From assembly GCA_903905665.1 (NCBI GenBank), contig CAIVHJ010000184.1, positions 1-18,013 on the forward strand: a stretch of DNA of 18,013 bases. Reading direction: 5' to 3'. The notes under the pieces were generated by a model. The model made no database searches and was not told the origin of the DNA. It saw nothing but the letters and a program-made list of their open reading frames with translations. Shown one piece after another: positions 14,055 to 18,013 of this stretch (the first letter of the stretch is position 1; the number at the start of each line of letters is the position of its first letter). Source of the stretch: an uncultured Phycisphaerales bacterium (GTDB taxonomy: Bacteria > Planctomycetota > Phycisphaerae > UBA1845 > CAIVHJ01). Both the position numbers and the translations under genes were made by a program.

Positions 14055-14750
14055 ATGAAACATACGTCGCACACTCTGGTACAAAAAATACTCTGGCTGT
14101 CGATGCTGATTCCGGGGGTCGGATTTTTAACGGGATGTCGTCCACCGGACTCGTCTGAGGCGGATCGCTGCATTCCCTCGTCCAACACGGTGTTTGAAGT
14201 ATATAGGATTACGCTGGATGAGAAGGCGACACCCCAGCAGGTCGCATGGGTGTTTCTCAAAACTCTCTCCAACGACATTCATGCCGGAAACAATCGCGAT
14301 CGGCGCACCGAGTTGCTGAAGCAGGAGTGTGCGTTGACCAACATCGAAGCCTATCGAGAGAAGATTCAGGGTGCTCATTCGACAACCGACTTCAACGAAT
14401 GGCTCTTTCAGCAAATTTATCACTGGGCGCCCGGAGTGAGTTATTATGTGGATTATTTTGATCCCGACTTTGAATCCGCCGCGGCCCGGATGACGGTTCA
14501 GTTTGGACGAGCCGTGGCCGCGGATACCCGGAAATCACTTAAGACCGCTTACGTGGATTACGTGATCCCGTCCGAAGCCAACGGCGGTCCGGCTGGTTTG
14601 TCCATGGGAGCAACCATTCGCATTACACTGGCGCAAACGAGTCAAGGTTTATGGCGTGTGATGGAGCTGACTTATGGTTCGGTTCCAGAGATGAAGCGAC
14701 CTGTCCCAGCCTCTGTTGAGGTTCCTCATGACGACTCATCCAAACCCTGA
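14055..14750 (+). CDS. hypothetical lipoprotein
   Basis: The signal peptide 'LWLSMLIPGVGFLTGC' has lipobox L-T-G-C. The gene is transcribed divergently from the HIT gene. No recognisable catalytic motif was seen. Confidence 0.55.
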   Translation: MKHTSHTLVQKILWLSMLIPGVGFLTGCRPPDSSEADRCIPSSNTVFEVYRITLDEKATPQQVAWVFLKTLSNDIHAGNNRDRRTELLKQECALTNIEAYREKIQGAHSTTDFNEWLFQQIYHWAPGVSYYVDYFDPDFESAAARMTVQFGRAVAADTRKSLKTAYVDYVIPSEANGGPAGLSMGATIRITLAQTSQGLWRVMELTYGSVPEMKRPVPASVEVPHDDSSKP

Positions 14751-15501
14751 TCGATCGGATTCCATTTCCGCTCCGGGGCCATCCTCGTGCATTGGGGTAA
14801 TCCCCGCCAAGGCGCGCAGCACCCGATTGCCGGGGAAGAATATTGCCGTTTTGGCTGGGAAACCACTGGTGGTTCATACCATCGACACGGCGCTCCAGAG
14901 CGGCGTATTTCAGACGGTCGTAGTTTCGACGGATGATCCTGCCATCGCCGAAATGTCGCGACGGGCCGGTGCCGAGGTTCCGTTTCGGCGTGACGAATCG
15001 TTGACTCGCGACGGCGTAGAAGTGGATCAAGTTGTCCTTCATGCGCTCGCGTGGTACGCCGATCATCAAAACAGGAAATTTGACTGGGTCTGCATTTTGC
15101 AGGTGACTTCGCCATTACGAACCGTCAGCGATGTCGCCGAGTCGTATCGCCTGCTGATGCAAAACCCCGACGCCGACGGGGTGGTTTCCGTGTCGCCTTA
15201 TCATCACCACCCTTATTGGGCGTTTCAGATTGAGAACGGATTTGTGCGACCGGATCGCCCCGATCAGGTGATCACCAGTCGCCGGTTGTTGCCGCCGCTT
15301 TATCATCCCGATGGTGTGATTTACTGGTTTCGGGCTGCAAATGTACTTGCGGGCCGACCGCCCTACGAGGGCCGGATTCTGGCATACCACACCCCCCCCA
15401 CGTCCGCAGTGGACATCGACGAGCCGGAAGACTTTGCCTACGCTGAATTCCTGCTGAATGGGCGAAACCAAGCCGCCAACAATTCCACGACGCCGTCTTG
15501 A
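14728..15501 (+). CDS. cytidylyltransferase family protein (CMP-NeuAc / CMP-Kdo / pseudaminic acid cytidylyltransferase-like)
   Basis: 'IGVIPAKARSTRLPGKNIAVLAGKPLVVHTIDTA…VVVSTDDPAIAEMSRRAGAEVPFRRDESLTRD' matches the N-terminal signature of NeuA/KdsB-type CMP-sugar synthetases (IPARxxSKRxPxKN…GKPLIxxTI…vSTDD…GAxV…R). The start (14728, or 14716) overlaps the 3' end of the lipoprotein gene by ~23-35 nt. Confidence 0.7.
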   Translation: MTTHPNPDRSDSISAPGPSSCIGVIPAKARSTRLPGKNIAVLAGKPLVVHTIDTALQSGVFQTVVVSTDDPAIAEMSRRAGAEVPFRRDESLTRDGVEVDQVVLHALAWYADHQNRKFDWVCILQVTSPLRTVSDVAESYRLLMQNPDADGVVSVSPYHHHPYWAFQIENGFVRPDRPDQVITSRRLLPPLYHPDGVIYWFRAANVLAGRPPYEGRILAYHTPPTSAVDIDEPEDFAYAEFLLNGRNQAANNSTTPS

Positions 15502-15520
15502 GAATTTTTGTGAGGTAACC

Positions 15521-16963
15521 ATGCTCAAAACCGAGTATCCCTATTACATCGCCAATGAAGCTCAAACACCCAACACGGACCTGATCGTTCGCAACAAGTT
15601 TACCAGTGAAGTGGTCGCCAAGGTTCCGCTGGCAGATGCTGCCGCTATTGATCGTGCGATTGGAGCCGCGGTCGAGGCTGCTCCGGCGTGCCGAAAATTG
15701 CCGTCGTTCAGACGGACCGAAATCTGCGCTCACATGGCCCGACGCCTGATGCAACGGCAGGAGGAATTCGCACACGTGCTCGCCGTCGAAGTGGGCAAAC
15801 CGATTCGCGAGGCACGGGGTGAAGTCGCGCGTGCCATCGAGACTTTCCAGACGGCTGCTGAAGAAGCCACACGCTTGTATGGTGAATACCTGCCGCTGGA
15901 TGTCTCGCCCCGCGCTCCAAATTGCCAGGCCATCTGGCGACGGTTTCCCGTGGGGCCCTGCGCTCTGATTTCGCCTTTTAATTTTCCGCTCAATCTTTCG
16001 GCGCACAAAATCGCTCCCGCGCTCGCCGTGGGATGTTCGTTCGTGCTCAAGCCGGCGTCGGACACACCGATCAGCGCGCTTCTGCTGGGTGATCTGCTCG
16101 CCGAAACCGATCTGCCCAAAGGTGCGTTCAGCATTCTTCCCGCCTCCCGGCAGGTGGCCGACCGGTTGGTCACCGACGACCGGCTCAAACTTGTTTCGTT
16201 TACCGGTTCGCCCGAAGTGGGATGGGATCTCAAGAATCGTTGCGGCAAGAAAAAAATCGTTCTTGAACTCGGAGGCAATGCCGGTTGCATCGTGGATCGA
16301 GATAGCGATCTGGAGCACGTCGTCGGCCGATTGATTGTCGGGGCTTTTTATCAGTCGGGGCAATCATGCATCAGCGTTCAGCGCATTTTTGTCCACGAAG
16401 CGATCTATCCCGAATTGAAGAAGCGTCTGATTGAGGCTGCTCGGCGCTTGCGCACGGGTGATCCGCTCGATGAAGACACGTTTTTGGGGCCGCTGATCAG
16501 TGAAGCCGATGCGCGTCGCGTGGAACAGTGGACGCAGGAGGCGGTCCGGGAGGGCGCGCGATTGCTTTGCGGCGGTCGGCGAAACGGGGCCTTGTTCGAG
16601 GCGACGTTGCTAGAAAACGTTCCCGATCGTTGCGATGTTTCGTGCCGGGAAGTTTTCGGTCCGGTTGCGATTCTGGAGCCGTTCATCGATTTCGCCGAGG
16701 CATGCCGTCGCGTCAATGCCAGTCGATATGGTTTGCAGGCGGGAGTGTTCACGCGAAATCTTCATTCCGCCTTTTATGCCTTTAATGAACTGGAAGTCGG
16801 GGGCGTCGTGATCAACGATATTCCCTCGTTCCGCGTCGATGCCATGCCCTATGGCGGGGTCAAGGACAGCGGATTGGGACGAGAGGGACTTCGCTTTGCG
16901 ATGGAGGAAATGACAGAAATGCGGCTTTTGGTTCTGAAAGAGATCGGGTCGCTACCGCAATAA
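15521..16963 (+). CDS. NAD(P)-dependent aldehyde dehydrogenase family protein
   Basis: 'FPVGPCALISPFNFPLNLSAHKIAPALAVGCSFVLKPASDTP', 'ELGGNAGCIVDRDSD' and 'GQSCISVQRIFVHE' (catalytic Cys) are typical of the ALDH superfamily, as is the C-terminal 'PYGGVKDSGLGREG'. The ATG at 15521 has GAGG 5 nt upstream and lies 19 nt after the cytidylyltransferase stop. Confidence 0.85.
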   Translation: MLKTEYPYYIANEAQTPNTDLIVRNKFTSEVVAKVPLADAAAIDRAIGAAVEAAPACRKLPSFRRTEICAHMARRLMQRQEEFAHVLAVEVGKPIREARGEVARAIETFQTAAEEATRLYGEYLPLDVSPRAPNCQAIWRRFPVGPCALISPFNFPLNLSAHKIAPALAVGCSFVLKPASDTPISALLLGDLLAETDLPKGAFSILPASRQVADRLVTDDRLKLVSFTGSPEVGWDLKNRCGKKKIVLELGGNAGCIVDRDSDLEHVVGRLIVGAFYQSGQSCISVQRIFVHEAIYPELKKRLIEAARRLRTGDPLDEDTFLGPLISEADARRVEQWTQEAVREGARLLCGGRRNGALFEATLLENVPDRCDVSCREVFGPVAILEPFIDFAEACRRVNASRYGLQAGVFTRNLHSAFYAFNELEVGGVVINDIPSFRVDAMPYGGVKDSGLGREGLRFAMEEMTEMRLLVLKEIGSLPQ

Positions 16964-17082
16964 GAGAACGATGAACTGAAGAAAGAGAAAAGTAAAAAGA
17001 GAAAATGGCCTGTCGGCAAAATTAAGCTGCCCTCTGTCTGGTTTTTCTCTTTTCTCTTTTTGCTTTGTATTTTTTCCATTCC

Positions 17083-18013
17083 TCATTTCTCTTTCAGTGC
17101 CGCGGTCATGTCCATGAAGGCTTTTTTTGCGTCGGCGAAGAACATATAGGTGTTGGGCATGGCAAACAGAGGATTGGGGATTCCGGCGAAACCGGGACTC
17201 AAGCTCCGCTTGACCACAATGACCGTTCGGCATTTGTCGATGTTGATGATCGGCATTCCGGCGATCGGCGACTTAGGATCGGTCCGGGCGATCGGATTCA
17301 CTACGTCGTTGGCGCCGACAACAATGCCCATGTCCGCCTGCTCGAGCGTGGGATTGATTTCGTCCATCTCCTTAAGTTTGTCGTAGGGAATGTTGGCCTC
17401 CGCCAGCAGCACGTTCATGTGGCCGGGCATTCGACCGGCGACAGGGTGAATCGCATACTCGACTTCCACCCCACGCTGCTCGAGCACGTTGGCAAAATCC
17501 CGAACCGCGTGTTGCGCCTGAGACACCGCCATACCGTAACCGGGCACAATCACGACGCGGCGCACGCCGTCCAGCATCATGGCCACGTCTTCCGCCATGA
17601 CCGACTTCACTTTTCCGGCGTAGAGGTCATCCGCTTTTTTCTCCTCCACGGTGGCTCCAAACGCTCCGAATAGCACATTGGTGAAGGATCGGTTCATGGC
17701 GCGACACATAATGATCGACAGAATCAGACCCGACGAACCGTCCAAAGCCCCCGCCGTAATCAGCAGTTTGTTGTCCAGCACAAAACCCATCGCTACCGCC
17801 GAAAGACCCGCATAGGAATTCAGAATCGAAATCACCGTCGGCATGTCCGCCCCGCCGATGGGCATGACGAGCATCCATCCGAAGTTCAGCGCCAAAATGA
17901 TGATCGCGATGAACATGAACGGCGACCAGAAGGGCCCGACATTGCCGTGGTTGACGATGAGAAAAACGCCCAGAAATATCGCCACGGCAAAGGCCGAGAA
18001 ATTCACGATGTTA
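17083..18013 (-). CDS. pntB: NAD(P) transhydrogenase subunit beta (3' part; gene continues beyond window end)
   Basis: 'GGADMPTVISILNSYAGLSAVAMGFVLDNKLLITAGALDGSSGLILSIIMCRAMNRS' together with the C-terminal NADP-binding dIII domain ('VVIVPGYGMAVSQAQH…HPVAGRMPGHMNVLLAEANIPYD') is diagnostic of PntB. The ORF is open to the window edge. Confidence 0.85.
   Translation of the reverse strand, partial: NIVNFSAFAVAIFLGVFLIVNHGNVGPFWSPFMFIAIIILALNFGWMLVMPIGGADMPTVISILNSYAGLSAVAMGFVLDNKLLITAGALDGSSGLILSIIMCRAMNRSFTNVLFGAFGATVEEKKADDLYAGKVKSVMAEDVAMMLDGVRRVVIVPGYGMAVSQAQHAVRDFANVLEQRGVEVEYAIHPVAGRMPGHMNVLLAEANIPYDKLKEMDEINPTLEQADMGIVVGANDVVNPIARTDPKSPIAGMPIINIDKCRTVIVVKRSLSPGFAGIPNPLFAMPNTYMFFADAKKAFMDMTAALKEK

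Noticed and set aside
13960-14084. N-terminal ~70 codons of the long six-frame ORF 13428..14084 (MYQSVRRMFHDSPSK…)
   Set aside because: The genuine HIT N-terminus (LWAPWR motif) is in the other frame, starting at 13959. This upstream extension has no homology and exists only because the frameshift opens the frame.
1-18013. Searched for CRISPR arrays, integrase/transposase genes and inverted-repeat-bounded mobile elements
   Set aside because: No regularly spaced direct repeats were seen. There were no recombinase-like motifs (R…HxxR…Y, DDE) in any frame and no terminal inverted repeats. The only defence-like content is the RM fragment/DUF3800 corner and possibly the HIT-dgt pair.

Overview
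This 18 kb window appears to be chromosomal DNA from a GC-rich bacterium, about 57-60% GC. A Planctomycetota-like origin is inferred from three things: a prepilin-type (H-X9-DG-like) protein, weak Shine-Dalgarno usage, and Ala/Arg-rich spurious antisense ORFs. Most of the window is housekeeping genes on both strands. In order these are an AlkA-like DNA glycosylase, a POT-family peptide transporter, a 3-hydroxyacyl-CoA dehydrogenase, an NfeD-like protein plus flotillin (SPFH) operon, a GH17-like glucanase lipoprotein, a prepilin-like protein with a charged membrane partner, tRNA-Leu(UAG), an amidohydrolase (8-oxoguanine-deaminase-like), a type-2 dGTPase, a lipoprotein, a NeuA/KdsB-family cytidylyltransferase, an aldehyde dehydrogenase, and the 3' part of pntB. 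Three things stand out. First, a HIT-family (Ap4A-phosphorylase-like) gene is broken by a frameshift inside a G8/C8 homopolymer, and its stop overlaps the start of the dGTPase gene (ATGA). Second, a degraded defence-island-like corner sits at the left edge: a C-terminal fragment of a restriction-modification methyltransferase (LYGLTEDEIKIVE motif), a DUF3800-like gene, and an out-of-frame overlap with a zinc-ribbon membrane protein gene. Third, the NfeD homologue carries an unusual His/Asp-rich HxD-repeat loop. No CRISPR array, integrase or transposase was seen. All family assignments come from reading motifs by eye, not from database searches.
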